A stretch of DNA of 64,000 nt from a virus (Duplodnaviria; Caudoviricetes), in the IMG/VR virus record IMGVR_UViG_3300042304_001334, positions 4,033 through 68,032 of that record; one strand, written 5' to 3'. Under the pieces are notes generated by a model. It was not told the origin of the DNA. It made no database searches and saw nothing but the letters and a program-made list of their open reading frames with translations. Shown in pieces: positions 20,362 through 30,694 of the stretch (position 1 is the first letter of the stretch; every line of letters begins with the position of its first letter). The position numbers and the translations under genes are program-made.

Positions 20362-21075
20362 TTATTTCTTTTCTTTTAGAGCAGGTGTATCTTTTAGTTT
20401 GGTTGTCAGCTTGTCTGAACTTTCCATATCTTTATCTGTCTTGAGATGTGCAGTTGTGGCATCAGCCTTGGCTTTTAGTTTCAACACACGATCAATAATC
20501 TTCTCAATCTTATCTACCATTTCTCCACCCATTGATGCAGATACATCTTTATTGATTGGACCATTTTCTTTGTCTGCTTTAACATCCGCTTTTTCAGTAT
20601 TGTCATCTGCAATATCAATCTGCAATTCTTCATCAACATCGTCCATAGTATCTTCCAACTTCATGTCATCATCTCTGTCGGCTGTCTTCAGTCCAAATCC
20701 TTTTAGACTTTTGTCATATGCTTTTTGAACATATGTCTTTTCACTATCTTTGGCATGTTTCTTTACAAGTTCCATAGCAGCTTCAAGTGAAACACCACGA
20801 GCAATCTTGCGTTCAGATTCATTGGTCACAGACACAACATCATAGTTGTCTTCTGCGTTCTTGCTCAACTCAACCTTTTGATTGTCATCACATCCAGCAG
20901 TTTTGCCAGTTCCAATGATGCTGCCAGCATTATTTTTACCCATTGCCTTGCCCAAGGCATCAGAACCTTTTTTGTCGGCATTATCTACGTGTACTTGTAC
21001 ACCAAATTGATTGTTGGCAATTTCTTGTAATACTAATTTCTTGATGGCTTTTTTGATAAGATCTCTGTTGTTCAT
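20362..21075 (-). CDS. hypothetical charged protein, putative internal virion protein
   Basis: 237 aa with LIKKAIKKLVLQE leader and upstream TATTTATA motif. Confidence 0.7.
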   Translation of the reverse strand: MNNRDLIKKAIKKLVLQEIANNQFGVQVHVDNADKKGSDALGKAMGKNNAGSIIGTGKTAGCDDNQKVELSKNAEDNYDVVSVTNESERKIARGVSLEAAMELVKKHAKDSEKTYVQKAYDKSLKGFGLKTADRDDDMKLEDTMDDVDEELQIDIADDNTEKADVKADKENGPINKDVSASMGGEMVDKIEKIIDRVLKLKAKADATTAHLKTDKDMESSDKLTTKLKDTPALKEKK

Positions 21076-21115
21076 AGTGTATATATGCGTTTAGTATATA
21101 AATAGTTAGGTGCAC

Positions 21116-21143
21116 AAAAAAACCGCCAATAACATGGCGGTTT
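21116..21143 (-). terminator. intrinsic terminator after nrdA
   Basis: aaaccgcca/tggcggttt stem plus U tract. Confidence 0.8.
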
Positions 21144-21161
21144 GTGTTGTTTTTATAATAT

Positions 21162-22811
21162 TTAAGCCTCACAACTCTTACAATCAAGGATACTTCGTCC
21201 AAGTTCTTGGGCTGGGTTTGTGCCACGTTGATAATATAGGCACTTTATACCCTGTTCCCAAGCGAATATAATCAATTGATTGACTTCTTTGACCGAAGTC
21301 TTGGGATGTATCTGTAAGTTTATACTTTGCCCCTGATCAATAAACTTTTGACGAGCAGCCGCCTGTATTACAATCTCCTTTTGACTGATTTCACCAAATG
21401 TCTTGAACACTTCTTTTTCATGATCACTCAAAAATTCAAGGTGTTGTACAGAACCACCCTTGTGCAGAATACTCTTCCATACTTCTTGAGTGTTCTTGCT
21501 ATGCTTTTCCAATACATTTTCAAGATATGGATTGCGATAAGTGAACTTACCTTTAGCCAAATCTTTTGTATAATAATTGCTGTTTAGCGGTTCAACAGAA
21601 GGAGATACTTGACCCAGAATAAATGAACTGCTTGTGGTTGGTGCGATTGCCATTGTGGTGACGTTTCTCAACCCATACCCCTTCAACAATGCTGGTTCAC
21701 CATATTCTTCTGCCATTTCTTTGCTTGCAGCAATACTCTTGTCGCGAATAACACGATGAATTTGAGTATTGAGAAGTTTGGCTTCTAGACTTTCAAACGC
21801 AATCATTTTGCTTTGCAGATATGAATGCCAACCAAGAACTCCAATACCAAGTGCTCTTTGATTTTTAGCAAAGTTATGAGCAGCCTTGAGAAACGGAATA
21901 TTTTCAGTTGCATGAATATAATCTTCCATCACAGCATCAAGAAAGTATGTTAATGTTTCAACAGCGTCAGTTGTCTTCCAATCATCATAATGAAGCAAGT
22001 TCATAGATGATAAATTGCAAACAAATGTTTCATCTGCTGACGAACTCAAGCAAATTTCGCTACAAAGATTAGAAGCATGTATCTTCATCTTTTTGTCTTT
22101 GTATACTTGAGGAGCGTTATTGTTTACATTGTCGCTGAAAAAGATATATGGATAACCACTTTCAAAACGCTTTTTGAGCACTTTTGCCCAGATTGATCGA
22201 GCATCTTTGTCTCCATCAATCATCTTCTTCATGAACTTGTTGTTGACACAAACACCAATACTCAAATCTTGAATAGCATGACCTTCTTCACGAATGCCAA
22301 GAAATTCCAGAATATCCGGATGATCTATTGGCAAATATGCAGCAAATGAACCTCTACGAACATTTGATTGTGAAACAACTCTGGTCACGCTGTCAAACAT
22401 TTCCATGAAATGAACAGGACCGGAACTGGACCCACCAACGCTGATTGGTGTGCCTCTGGCTCGCAGTTCTCCAAAATATCCAGACGTTCCAGCACCATAC
22501 TTTGTGAGCATACCTACTTCAGCAGTCTTTTCTAGAATAGAATTCATTGTGTCAGACACATATGAACCATTGCATGAAATAGACAATCCTCGACCATTGC
22601 CAAAATTTGCCCACACTGGGGATGATAAACTATACCATCCCTTGTGCATATAAGACTCAAACTTTTCAGCAAATCCTTTTTTCTTTAGAATTTTTTCAGC
22701 AGCCTTTGATATTTCAAGAATTCGTTCCTCGGGTGTTTGACCCTTGGGTAGATATCCTCTTTCAAGAAATGTTACGCTATCTTTGTTTAACCAATAAATG
22801 TCTTTGCTCAT
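21162..22811 (-). CDS. nrdA: class I ribonucleotide reductase alpha subunit
   Basis: SSPVWANFG, SNLCSEI, AIAPTTSSS, DQGQSIN, LYYQR, C-terminal CKSC. Confidence 0.95.
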   Translation of the reverse strand: MSKDIYWLNKDSVTFLERGYLPKGQTPEERILEISKAAEKILKKKGFAEKFESYMHKGWYSLSSPVWANFGNGRGLSISCNGSYVSDTMNSILEKTAEVGMLTKYGAGTSGYFGELRARGTPISVGGSSSGPVHFMEMFDSVTRVVSQSNVRRGSFAAYLPIDHPDILEFLGIREEGHAIQDLSIGVCVNNKFMKKMIDGDKDARSIWAKVLKKRFESGYPYIFFSDNVNNNAPQVYKDKKMKIHASNLCSEICLSSSADETFVCNLSSMNLLHYDDWKTTDAVETLTYFLDAVMEDYIHATENIPFLKAAHNFAKNQRALGIGVLGWHSYLQSKMIAFESLEAKLLNTQIHRVIRDKSIAASKEMAEEYGEPALLKGYGLRNVTTMAIAPTTSSSFILGQVSPSVEPLNSNYYTKDLAKGKFTYRNPYLENVLEKHSKNTQEVWKSILHKGGSVQHLEFLSDHEKEVFKTFGEISQKEIVIQAAARQKFIDQGQSINLQIHPKTSVKEVNQLIIFAWEQGIKCLYYQRGTNPAQELGRSILDCKSCEA

Positions 22812-22816
22812 ATATA

Positions 22817-23791
22817 TTAAAATAGATCGTCGAATGTGATAGACTGTGTTTTCTTAGAGTACTCTACAGGACGCTTGTGAAAGAAATCAGTCATAGTATT
22901 GCCCATTACATCTTCATCCATCCACATAGTCAAATCAATAATTTCTTGAGACACATTAAAAATCTTTTTGAATCCAATCATTTCTAGTGAATCATTTAAT
23001 CTTTTTTGTACATATCCTTTGAGAATATCTGCACTGATTCTTGAATCTTTATAGTCACCAATCATCCAATCAATGATTTTGGATTCGGCGTCGTAGGATT
23101 CTTTGGCTTCGTGCAGAATGCGTGCTTCCAATTCAGCGTCAAATAATTCTGGCAGTTCTTGTCGAATTGTATTTACGATCTTAACGCCAGCAAGACCATG
23201 CAATGTTTCTTCTTTGGCTGTATATGCAACTTGTTGTGCAGTGTCTTTGAGTAGACCCTTGTAGCGATTAAACCAATTGATGATATAAAACTGACTAAAT
23301 AATGACACGTTCTCTACATACAGTGTGAATAGAATAAGCGAGTATACAAATTGTTTTTTATCATTTTCATAGTTCTTATCAAGATACTTGCGTAAATACT
23401 TGATTCGTCCTTGAATAATATCCAACTTTAGATTTTCTTCAAATATATCCTGCAATTGTAGCACATCCAATAGTTTTTCGTATGCATTATTGTGAATAAC
23501 TTCAATGTTTCCCATAGTAATACCCAAATCAGATAATGCTGGATGTGGAAGTGTGTCACCCAACTTTGTCCAAAACTTCTTTACAGAAATTTCAATTTGA
23601 CCAATAGCACTCAATGTGTTCTTGATGATGAGCTGTTCTTGTAGAGTCATCTCAGTCTTGTATTGTTGCAAGTCAGATGTAAATGTGAACTCGTTTGGAG
23701 TCCAATGTCCCGCCCACATTGCGTCTATATATTCTTGTGCCCAAGGATAGCGATTCGGTTTGCGTGCAATTTGTTCGTCGAAAATAGTCAT
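22817..23791 (-). CDS. nrdB: class I ribonucleotide reductase beta subunit
   Basis: HWTPNE, EVIHNNAY, ENVSLFSQF, EETLHG, DFFHKRPVEY. Confidence 0.95.
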   Translation of the reverse strand: MTIFDEQIARKPNRYPWAQEYIDAMWAGHWTPNEFTFTSDLQQYKTEMTLQEQLIIKNTLSAIGQIEISVKKFWTKLGDTLPHPALSDLGITMGNIEVIHNNAYEKLLDVLQLQDIFEENLKLDIIQGRIKYLRKYLDKNYENDKKQFVYSLILFTLYVENVSLFSQFYIINWFNRYKGLLKDTAQQVAYTAKEETLHGLAGVKIVNTIRQELPELFDAELEARILHEAKESYDAESKIIDWMIGDYKDSRISADILKGYVQKRLNDSLEMIGFKKIFNVSQEIIDLTMWMDEDVMGNTMTDFFHKRPVEYSKKTQSITFDDLF

Positions 23792-23877
23792 AAAGGTTAA
23801 TTTTTGTTTGGGTGTTGTGTGGTGAATAAATACATTTTATAAAAAATAAATTTGTAAAAAAATTTTAAAATATTTTC

Positions 23878-25275
23878 TTACAAATTGGTGTTTTCGCCAT
23901 TTTGCTTTTGGCGACCACTGTTCCATTTATTTTTCAACATGTTCTTTACACTGTTATCATCACCTTCCATTGTTGATTGAATTGCCATAGATTCTTTGGA
24001 TTTGGCGTCATACAAATCAATTTGACCAGTGCTGGTGTTCATATTGGCATACAAGGTAATACCATCCGGTCCAAATCTATTTTTGATAACATGACAACGA
24101 GCAGTGTTGTTGGCTTTGTCTGTTGTATTACGGGCAACACTCAACACAAAGTCGGCAGTCATGATCTTGCGATATGAATCGGCGATGTTATGGGCTTGAA
24201 CAACATCTTCTTGACCACCGCCGCGATTGGTTTGTGAAGCAGTCCATACTGGAATTTGTAGTTCACCCGCAGCTTGTCGAAGTTCTTCGTATATACCGCC
24301 AGCCTCACTATAACTGTTGCTGTTGGTTTCTTTTTCAAGTGGTCGCAGAATGTCGGCATAATCAACCACCATTTCATCAATATGAATTCCTTCCAATGCT
24401 TGAATACGTTCAATATGAAACTTCAATGATTGAGCACTTACTGTCTTCAACGGAAAATACTTTACAAAAAGTTTTCCTTTGATGTCTTTGATTTTTTCTT
24501 CAACGTCAGATTGACGATGTTTAATTTCTTGAAACTCAATTCCTGTAAAACAACAATCATAACGAAGACCAACATAGTTTTCATTTAGTTCCAGTGTGAA
24601 GTGAGCAATATTCTTTCCCGATTTCATTGCTCTGGCTCCGAGACTGCACAACAACCACGATTTTCCAATGCCCGCTGGAGCCACAATAATACCAAGTTCA
24701 CCAGGTCCAAGACCGCCATCCATAAGGCTGTCAATGACTTCCCAACCAGTAGAAATTGTCTTGCGGCACATTTCACTCATACGACCAGCAACTTCTTTAT
24801 GGTAGTTGTGACCAAGATTGCGTTCCATACCAGCCTTCATTGCCTTATCAACCAACCCCTTGATTTTATCATATTCACCAGTTTTTAGATGATCAACTGA
24901 TTCAATAATAGCACTCTTCAACTTTTGATTCTTACAGAATTCAAGAAATTGTTCACGAACAAACTGCAAATCTTTTTCACTGATTTTTGTGTAAACTTGT
25001 GTTAGTTGCTGTACCACAGAAGATTTGAATGCATCATTTTCAATAGTGTCAATACGAACCTTGAATACTTGCGGTGTTGGCAAGTCTTTGTATTGAATAT
25101 GATATTGAATAATTTCTTTGAGAATCCATTGATGGGCTTCGTTTTCAAACGCATCCACATCAATAATGTCGCATATTCTTTCAAGAAATACTTTGTCAGT
25201 TAAAATACTTGCTACAATTTTTACTTGAAATTCCAAGCCAAATTTATGTAGATTGTCGATGATTACTGGTGCCAT
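23878..25275 (-). CDS. dnaB: replicative DnaB-family helicase (gp41-like)
   Basis: APAGIGKS, FTLEL, VVDYAD, WTASQTNR, KNRFG. Confidence 0.93.
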   Translation of the reverse strand: MAPVIIDNLHKFGLEFQVKIVASILTDKVFLERICDIIDVDAFENEAHQWILKEIIQYHIQYKDLPTPQVFKVRIDTIENDAFKSSVVQQLTQVYTKISEKDLQFVREQFLEFCKNQKLKSAIIESVDHLKTGEYDKIKGLVDKAMKAGMERNLGHNYHKEVAGRMSEMCRKTISTGWEVIDSLMDGGLGPGELGIIVAPAGIGKSWLLCSLGARAMKSGKNIAHFTLELNENYVGLRYDCCFTGIEFQEIKHRQSDVEEKIKDIKGKLFVKYFPLKTVSAQSLKFHIERIQALEGIHIDEMVVDYADILRPLEKETNSNSYSEAGGIYEELRQAAGELQIPVWTASQTNRGGGQEDVVQAHNIADSYRKIMTADFVLSVARNTTDKANNTARCHVIKNRFGPDGITLYANMNTSTGQIDLYDAKSKESMAIQSTMEGDDNSVKNMLKNKWNSGRQKQNGENTNL

Positions 25276-25341
25276 AATAGTTATTTGTTAATACGATATT
25301 TCGTATTTGTTATTTAGTCAATTGTTAATTAGAATGTAAAA

Positions 25342-26406
25342 TTAAGAAGTGGCCAACACCGATAAAGGATAGAACACTTCTTGCAACCACACATGAAAAT
25401 TTGGTATACTTGTATGCATACCATATGTGGTTAGTTTCTGAATAAACCGAAACTTATTGAAATCATATATGCGTTGTACCGATTCGTCAATCTTCATTTG
25501 CAGTGACGGTGCAAAACTCGGTTCTTTCAGTTGCATCAGCGTATAGTTACGTTGTACAATTTCCGAATTTTCAATAACTGTGGCATATACTTTAGACTCA
25601 TTGATACAATCTTTGGCTCGAAGTAGAATATTTTCCACAGAAGTCTCGGTTGATTCAACCAGCATAGGAAATCTTTTGATTGCAGTTTTTAATCCAATGC
25701 CGCTTACACCATCAATATTATCAGAAGAATCTCCTTCTAATATACGATAATAGATAAAGTTGCTGGGATGAATACCATATTCATTGATTACATCCTGTAC
25801 TCCATAAATCTTTTTCTTGATTGGACTCCAAATTTGTACACGATCATTTACCAGTTGTAGAAAATCTTTATCAGCACTCATAATAGTGATTCTACTATCT
25901 TTATACATCTGTGTGGCAATATATCCAATTGTGTCATCTGCTTCAATATAATCAATTGATACAATGCTCACTGGCAGTTCTTGTAGAAAAGATACAAGTT
26001 TGCCCATTTGTTCTACAACTGATTTTTGTTCAGTATTTCCGTCGCTCATATCTTCATATGCACGATTAAGCCGTTTCATAACCTTTCTGCCATCTTTATA
26101 TTGTGGATATAACTTTCTGCGACGTTCACTGCCACCTTTGCCGTCAAATACAACAATGACTCTGGTTGGACGCAACAGTTTGATAGCATAACCCAAACTA
26201 CTCAAAAACCCAGACACGCCACCAACATGCTCACCATTATCACTCAAAGTTGGCACTACGGTCCAACAACGAATAAAATTGTTGGTTCCATCAACCACAA
26301 GAATATCACTATTTTTTTCTTTCTTTGTGTTTACAGGCAATGAAGCGTGTTCAGATTTTATCTGGGAGAATATTGATGTGAATTTCTTTTTTGTTGGATC
26401 TTGCAT
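25342..26406 (-). CDS. 5'-3' exonuclease/flap endonuclease (T4 RNase H-like)
   Basis: VVDGTN, VFDG, YKDGR, EADD, SADKDFLQL, GDSSDNIDGV.GIG.KTA. Confidence 0.93.
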   Translation of the reverse strand: MQDPTKKKFTSIFSQIKSEHASLPVNTKKEKNSDILVVDGTNNFIRCWTVVPTLSDNGEHVGGVSGFLSSLGYAIKLLRPTRVIVVFDGKGGSERRRKLYPQYKDGRKVMKRLNRAYEDMSDGNTEQKSVVEQMGKLVSFLQELPVSIVSIDYIEADDTIGYIATQMYKDSRITIMSADKDFLQLVNDRVQIWSPIKKKIYGVQDVINEYGIHPSNFIYYRILEGDSSDNIDGVSGIGLKTAIKRFPMLVESTETSVENILLRAKDCINESKVYATVIENSEIVQRNYTLMQLKEPSFAPSLQMKIDESVQRIYDFNKFRFIQKLTTYGMHTSIPNFHVWLQEVFYPLSVLATS

Positions 26407-26763
26407 TTACTTTGTTTGTTCCAGTATGGCGTTGAAGAATCTTTGCATGTTGTGTAGATATGATAATCCACCAACTTCTTTTATACCGCCGTCATCTACT
26501 TTACAAAATGTTGATCCCATCAGTTCATTTCCTTTGAATCGTATTTCACAAAGCATAACAGTGCGAAGTGCTACATTGTCATGTTTTGTAAAACGAACAA
26601 GTTGCTCATCATATCTAAGACTGCATTTATTTGTAGTCAAATATACATTATCTCCATATCCAGTTTTATGAATTTCAATCTTCTTTTCTTTGCACCATTT
26701 CTGAAATTCTTCTGGTTCAGCGGGTGTAAAATTTGATGTAATATATTTATTTTTTGTTGCCAT
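26407..26763 (-). CDS. hypothetical protein
   Basis: Fills operon slot on the coding strand. Confidence 0.7.
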   Translation of the reverse strand: MATKNKYITSNFTPAEPEEFQKWCKEKKIEIHKTGYGDNVYLTTNKCSLRYDEQLVRFTKHDNVALRTVMLCEIRFKGNELMGSTFCKVDDGGIKEVGGLSYLHNMQRFFNAILEQTK

Positions 26764-26767
26764 AATA

Positions 26768-27004
26768 TTATTCGGATGCTGGACCCCAGTTTCCTTCCAT
26801 CAACTCCCGCTTTGCTTGTTCAATGCATTGCTGCAAAGAATATGTGGGACCGCCTTTATCTTGTTCTCTCCAAAGCCAACGCCCATAATCTTTAATGTCA
26901 GCCGAATATGTTTTAAAAACTTCTTCTTCAGTCATCTTTTCAAAACTCTCATAACTCAATTCTTCGAGAGGAATTTTTTTATTGTTTTCTTTTTTTGTTG
27001 CCAT
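26768..27004 (-). CDS. hypothetical protein
   Basis: Fills operon slot; same MATK start context as its neighbour. Confidence 0.65.
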   Translation of the reverse strand: MATKKENNKKIPLEELSYESFEKMTEEEVFKTYSADIKDYGRWLWREQDKGGPTYSLQQCIEQAKRELMEGNWGPASE

Positions 27005-27022
27005 AATATTTTATTTGAGAAC

Positions 27023-27048
27023 CGTGTGGAGGTATTTCACTCCACACG
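27023..27048 (-). terminator. stem-loop after recA
   Basis: cgtgtggag/ctccacacg; weak U tract. Confidence 0.55.
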
Positions 27049-27058
27049 ATTAATTTCT

Positions 27059-28291
27059 TTAATCTTCCATTCCTTCTGCTTCCGAATCATATGAAATATC
27101 ATCTGCCATTTCACTATTTGGTGCCTTGTATTTCATTACGAATTGCTCGCAAATCTTAGAATACAAGTATTCTTTACATTCGGGGCGATCAACAAGCAAC
27201 TTTGGCAAGTCTCTCTTTTCAAACACAACGGTTTCTGGTTCTTTACCAACAACCTCCATGATGAATTGAAGATTCTTTGCTTTCTTGTCTTCTTCTTTTT
27301 CTTCTTCTAATTGCTTCTTGGTTTTTTTCTCACCCGCAACTTTCACTTTCTTGGCGTTGGTAACAACATCCCATTCAATCAGTTTTTCCAACCAATTTCC
27401 ATAGTTGTCAATGCCACGGTCAAAGTAGATATCAAACTCAACAGAACGCATTGGTGGTCCCATGCGATTTTTGATAACCGTGCATTTGGTTTTGATACCA
27501 ATTGCTTGCTTGTCGTTGTTTTTGATTTGACCGATACTCTTTAGACGCAAACGCAACGAGGCGTGGAAAGCAAGAGCCTTGCCACCACTGGTTGTGTATG
27601 GATCGCCCAATCCAACAAAGCCAACCTTTTGGCGAAGTTGATTGGTGAAAGCCAAACAAATACGCTGTTTGGCAATCAGCCCTGTGATCTTTCTCATTGC
27701 TTTGCTGATTGCGATGGCTTTGCCAGTGGCATAACCATCAGCACCGTGGTCGCTTGCCATTTCCTTTTTTGTGGAAGCAGCAGCAACCGAGTCAACAAGA
27801 ATTGTAACAAGACGATTCTTGCTGCTCTTGCGAACATAGCCGATGATTTCTTCGATTTTATCAAAAATATCTTCGACAGTATCAACATTGATATACAACA
27901 TTTTTGGTACATCAACTCCAATCGCAGTCAAGAATTCGGTTGAAACAGATGTTTCTGTATCAATGAAGACTGCCATACCTCCCTTGCGCTGTGTTTCTGC
28001 AAGCAAATGAGCACCCATTAAACTTTTTCCAGATGCTTCAAGACCAGTTAGTTCAGTAATTCGACCAACAGGCAACCCCGCGTTTGGACGATTGGCAATA
28101 GCCAAGTCAACCAAACTATTTCCGCTAGAAACCCAATCAACTATTTGAGAAGGATCGTCTTCGGCATCGAGAAAGAAAGCAACTTTACCGTCACTGTTCT
28201 TGTTGATAGACTCAGCCAATGCTTCTGCCAGTTCATCTCGACCGGAGGTAATTTCAACTTCTACGGATTTTTTCTTTTTTTCTTTTTCCAT
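27059..28291 (-). CDS. recA: RecA/UvsX recombinase
   Basis: GLPVGRITEL.GLEASGKS, FIDTE, DSVAA, NQLR, GGKALAFHAS.R, KNR. Confidence 0.95.
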   Translation of the reverse strand: MEKEKKKKSVEVEITSGRDELAEALAESINKNSDGKVAFFLDAEDDPSQIVDWVSSGNSLVDLAIANRPNAGLPVGRITELTGLEASGKSLMGAHLLAETQRKGGMAVFIDTETSVSTEFLTAIGVDVPKMLYINVDTVEDIFDKIEEIIGYVRKSSKNRLVTILVDSVAAASTKKEMASDHGADGYATGKAIAISKAMRKITGLIAKQRICLAFTNQLRQKVGFVGLGDPYTTSGGKALAFHASLRLRLKSIGQIKNNDKQAIGIKTKCTVIKNRMGPPMRSVEFDIYFDRGIDNYGNWLEKLIEWDVVTNAKKVKVAGEKKTKKQLEEEKEEDKKAKNLQFIMEVVGKEPETVVFEKRDLPKLLVDRPECKEYLYSKICEQFVMKYKAPNSEMADDISYDSEAEGMED

Positions 28292-28314
28292 AATAATTAT
28301 TATTTTTGAAAGTT

Positions 28315-28353
28315 AAAAAGGGTGTACCATTGTGTACAAAAGTACACCCTTTT
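28315..28353. terminator. intrinsic terminator
   Basis: aaaagggtgtac...gtacaccctttt. Confidence 0.75.
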
Positions 28354-28384
28354 ATAATTTAGTTTATTGATTGATCAACGCTTA

Positions 28385-29203
28385 TTAGGCGTTGTTGAAC
28401 AAATCATTAAACTCATCAGCAATTGCCTTGGTGCTGGCAGGAGTCTTGACAGAAGCCTTGGCGGTTGCACTCATAACCGGCTTTGCGGCAGGTTCTTCCG
28501 AGGCAGTGTCGGTTGTTTCTGGTGCAGAATCACCGTCTGGATTTGCTTCTGAGGCATTGAGCCAAGTATCCATAACAGATGCCAGTTCATCATAAGTCAA
28601 TTCAGGAAACAGGTCTGTGACGTTCTTCTGATTTTTGACCTTTTCCTTGACCGCACCATCATTCACATCAAACGCAACAGTTGCGTTTGGCTTGACGCGA
28701 ATTGTAGTTTCTGGAAATGACTTTCCGGTTTCTTCTGCGGTTTTGAATTCCACAGTAATATCTCGACCAGATTTTAGGTCAGTAATATCACCATAGTCAG
28801 GATCAGCAATGATGGCAAGAATTTCTTGATATACTTGCTTGCCCATACCCCAGAATTTCACACCTTCAGATTCTTGACCGCGAACAAGAATGGGAACATA
28901 TGTACGAAGTTTTGGTTCCAAAGCCCGTCCCTGTTTCCATTCTTCTTTGCTGCCAGTCTTCTTGAGCTTGCTGGCAAACTCAACGATTGGATCTGGACGA
29001 CCAAACGAAGATGGAGACAAATATGTCTTGCCATTCATGTTGTAATGAAAAAGCAATTCAATGAACGGATTTTCAGGATTGTGTGAGTAAGGAACAATAC
29101 GGATCGTTTGTTTACCTTGCGGTTTCCACAATGAAGTGGATTTTGTTGTGTTGCTCTTGAGAGAATCAAGACGCGATTTAATTTTTGATAGGTCCAATGC
29201 CAT
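28385..29203 (-). CDS. gp32: single-stranded DNA-binding protein, gp32-like
   Basis: LWKP...IRIVP, NPFIEL.FHY, DYGDITD..GRD, acidic tail ADEFNDLF. Confidence 0.85.
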   Translation of the reverse strand: MALDLSKIKSRLDSLKSNTTKSTSLWKPQGKQTIRIVPYSHNPENPFIELLFHYNMNGKTYLSPSSFGRPDPIVEFASKLKKTGSKEEWKQGRALEPKLRTYVPILVRGQESEGVKFWGMGKQVYQEILAIIADPDYGDITDLKSGRDITVEFKTAEETGKSFPETTIRVKPNATVAFDVNDGAVKEKVKNQKNVTDLFPELTYDELASVMDTWLNASEANPDGDSAPETTDTASEEPAAKPVMSATAKASVKTPASTKAIADEFNDLFNNA

Positions 29204-29272
29204 AATTTTTTATTTGTTAATGTTTAATCTTGTTTGACCAATTTGAAATGCATCAACTAGGTCAAGGTTGAT

Positions 29273-29301
29273 ACAATGCATCAACAAATGACAATGGTCA
29301 A
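29273..29301 (-). promoter_or_regulatory. sigma70-like promoter TTGACC-N17-CATTGT upstream of the SSB gene
   Basis: Same spacing as the other promoters in the window. Confidence 0.6.
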
Positions 29302-29403
29302 TCTATAATAAGCAATATGCTCATTTTTTAATCGTTAATTAGTCATTTGTTAATTCAAATATAAGTATAAATTCATAGGTTAAATACCTAGAAAATTTAG
29401 TAA

Positions 29404-29799
29404 TTATATTTTAACAATTTTGACTAATTTTGTTGGCGTGATTTTGACTTTTCCGTCACGCGATGTGATAAAACAGCTACGATAATTGTTCCAAGATATT
29501 TGATGCGAAGATGACATTACTCCATTATTCTCAAGTTTGATCAACTCATTCAAAGCATTGATACTGTAAATAATGTTATATTCTTTTTTACGATGCACAC
29601 TCATGGTATGTGGATAAAACTCACTGCCATTCTTTACTACATTATAAGTCAAAAATATATCGTCAATATTGTCTCCACTTTGTAATACATACACTTTATT
29701 GTCTACGATTTGATAATAGCTGCTTAATGCAGTTATTTCATTTTCGTAAGTTTGATATTTTGCAAACGTACACAACAGTTGTGCATTATATTCTGGCAT
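29404..29799 (-). CDS. hypothetical protein
   Basis: 131 aa; QLLCTF, TYNV, HRKKEYN.IYSINALN. Confidence 0.75.
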   Translation of the reverse strand: MPEYNAQLLCTFAKYQTYENEITALSSYYQIVDNKVYVLQSGDNIDDIFLTYNVVKNGSEFYPHTMSVHRKKEYNIIYSINALNELIKLENNGVMSSSHQISWNNYRSCFITSRDGKVKITPTKLVKIVKI

Positions 29800-29804
29800 C
29801 TGTG

Positions 29805-30680
29805 TTATGCTTTTGGAATAATTTTTTCGGCAAAGATTTTGTATTCTTCGCGATCATTATTTCGTATCGGAACAACTTCACCGGACAGTCCTACCACAGC
29901 GACCGGATTGCCTTCGCCGTCTTTATATTCTCCATATGGAGTAGATGTCCATCCACGTTGAATTGCAAATTTTGTTGAAACCGCTGCGTATTGTGCGGGT
30001 GGAGTTGTAACCACAGGAACGTCTATCGCAGGAGTTTCTGCCGACTTTGTAGATACGAAATCCGCATCTGTCGGAGAATCTGATTTTTTTGATACAGGTG
30101 CTGTTGGTTCTTTTGATGCGACGGTTGACGCGGCGGGCGATCTTGGTGGTGCCGCTAGGTCGGGTTTTTTTGTCAGTGCATCCAATCTTGCAGATCTTGT
30201 AGATGAACTCGATGGTTGTGGTGAACCCTGTGGTTTGGTGGAGGTGGGGTCCGCAATTGGTGATAATTTTTTGCTTGGTGATTTGGCAATTGCTGGTTCT
30301 TCTTGCTGTGTGGTAGATGCCACCTGCTGTGTTTGTCTCTTTTGCTTACCCCGTTTTTTGTAATACAAATTCATTCCACCTTTTCCGCGAGTTGGATCAG
30401 AAGAAAAATGTGTGCCTTTTTTTAGTGCTTTTTGTTTATACTCGGTGGATGGAAATGTCACCAACCATCCATCCTTATTGTATGCTTGACGTTCGGGATA
30501 TTTACCTTCATCCATGAATTTTTTAACAAATTTATTTACAATTTGCTCATCCTCACACACATCATAAATTGCTTCCGCGACAACTTGTAAATGATCTGAA
30601 TTTCTTAAATCTACCACACCGTCATGTATTCTGGGATCTAAAGACGCTTCCGTTATTATATTGTATATGAGATCGTTCAT
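29805..30680 (-). CDS. hypothetical protein with S/T/P-rich linker
   Basis: 291-aa ORF; N-terminus resembles that of the neighbouring gene. Confidence 0.75.
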   Translation of the reverse strand: MNDLIYNIITEASLDPRIHDGVVDLRNSDHLQVVAEAIYDVCEDEQIVNKFVKKFMDEGKYPERQAYNKDGWLVTFPSTEYKQKALKKGTHFSSDPTRGKGGMNLYYKKRGKQKRQTQQVASTTQQEEPAIAKSPSKKLSPIADPTSTKPQGSPQPSSSSTRSARLDALTKKPDLAAPPRSPAASTVASKEPTAPVSKKSDSPTDADFVSTKSAETPAIDVPVVTTPPAQYAAVSTKFAIQRGWTSTPYGEYKDGEGNPVAVVGLSGEVVPIRNNDREEYKIFAEKIIPKA

Positions 30681-30694
30681 GATTTTTTTTGTTT

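Noticed and set aside
27240-27360. Charged segment in the RecA C-terminal region as a mobile insert
   Set aside because: Short in-frame K/E-rich low-complexity stretch with no intein or intron features.
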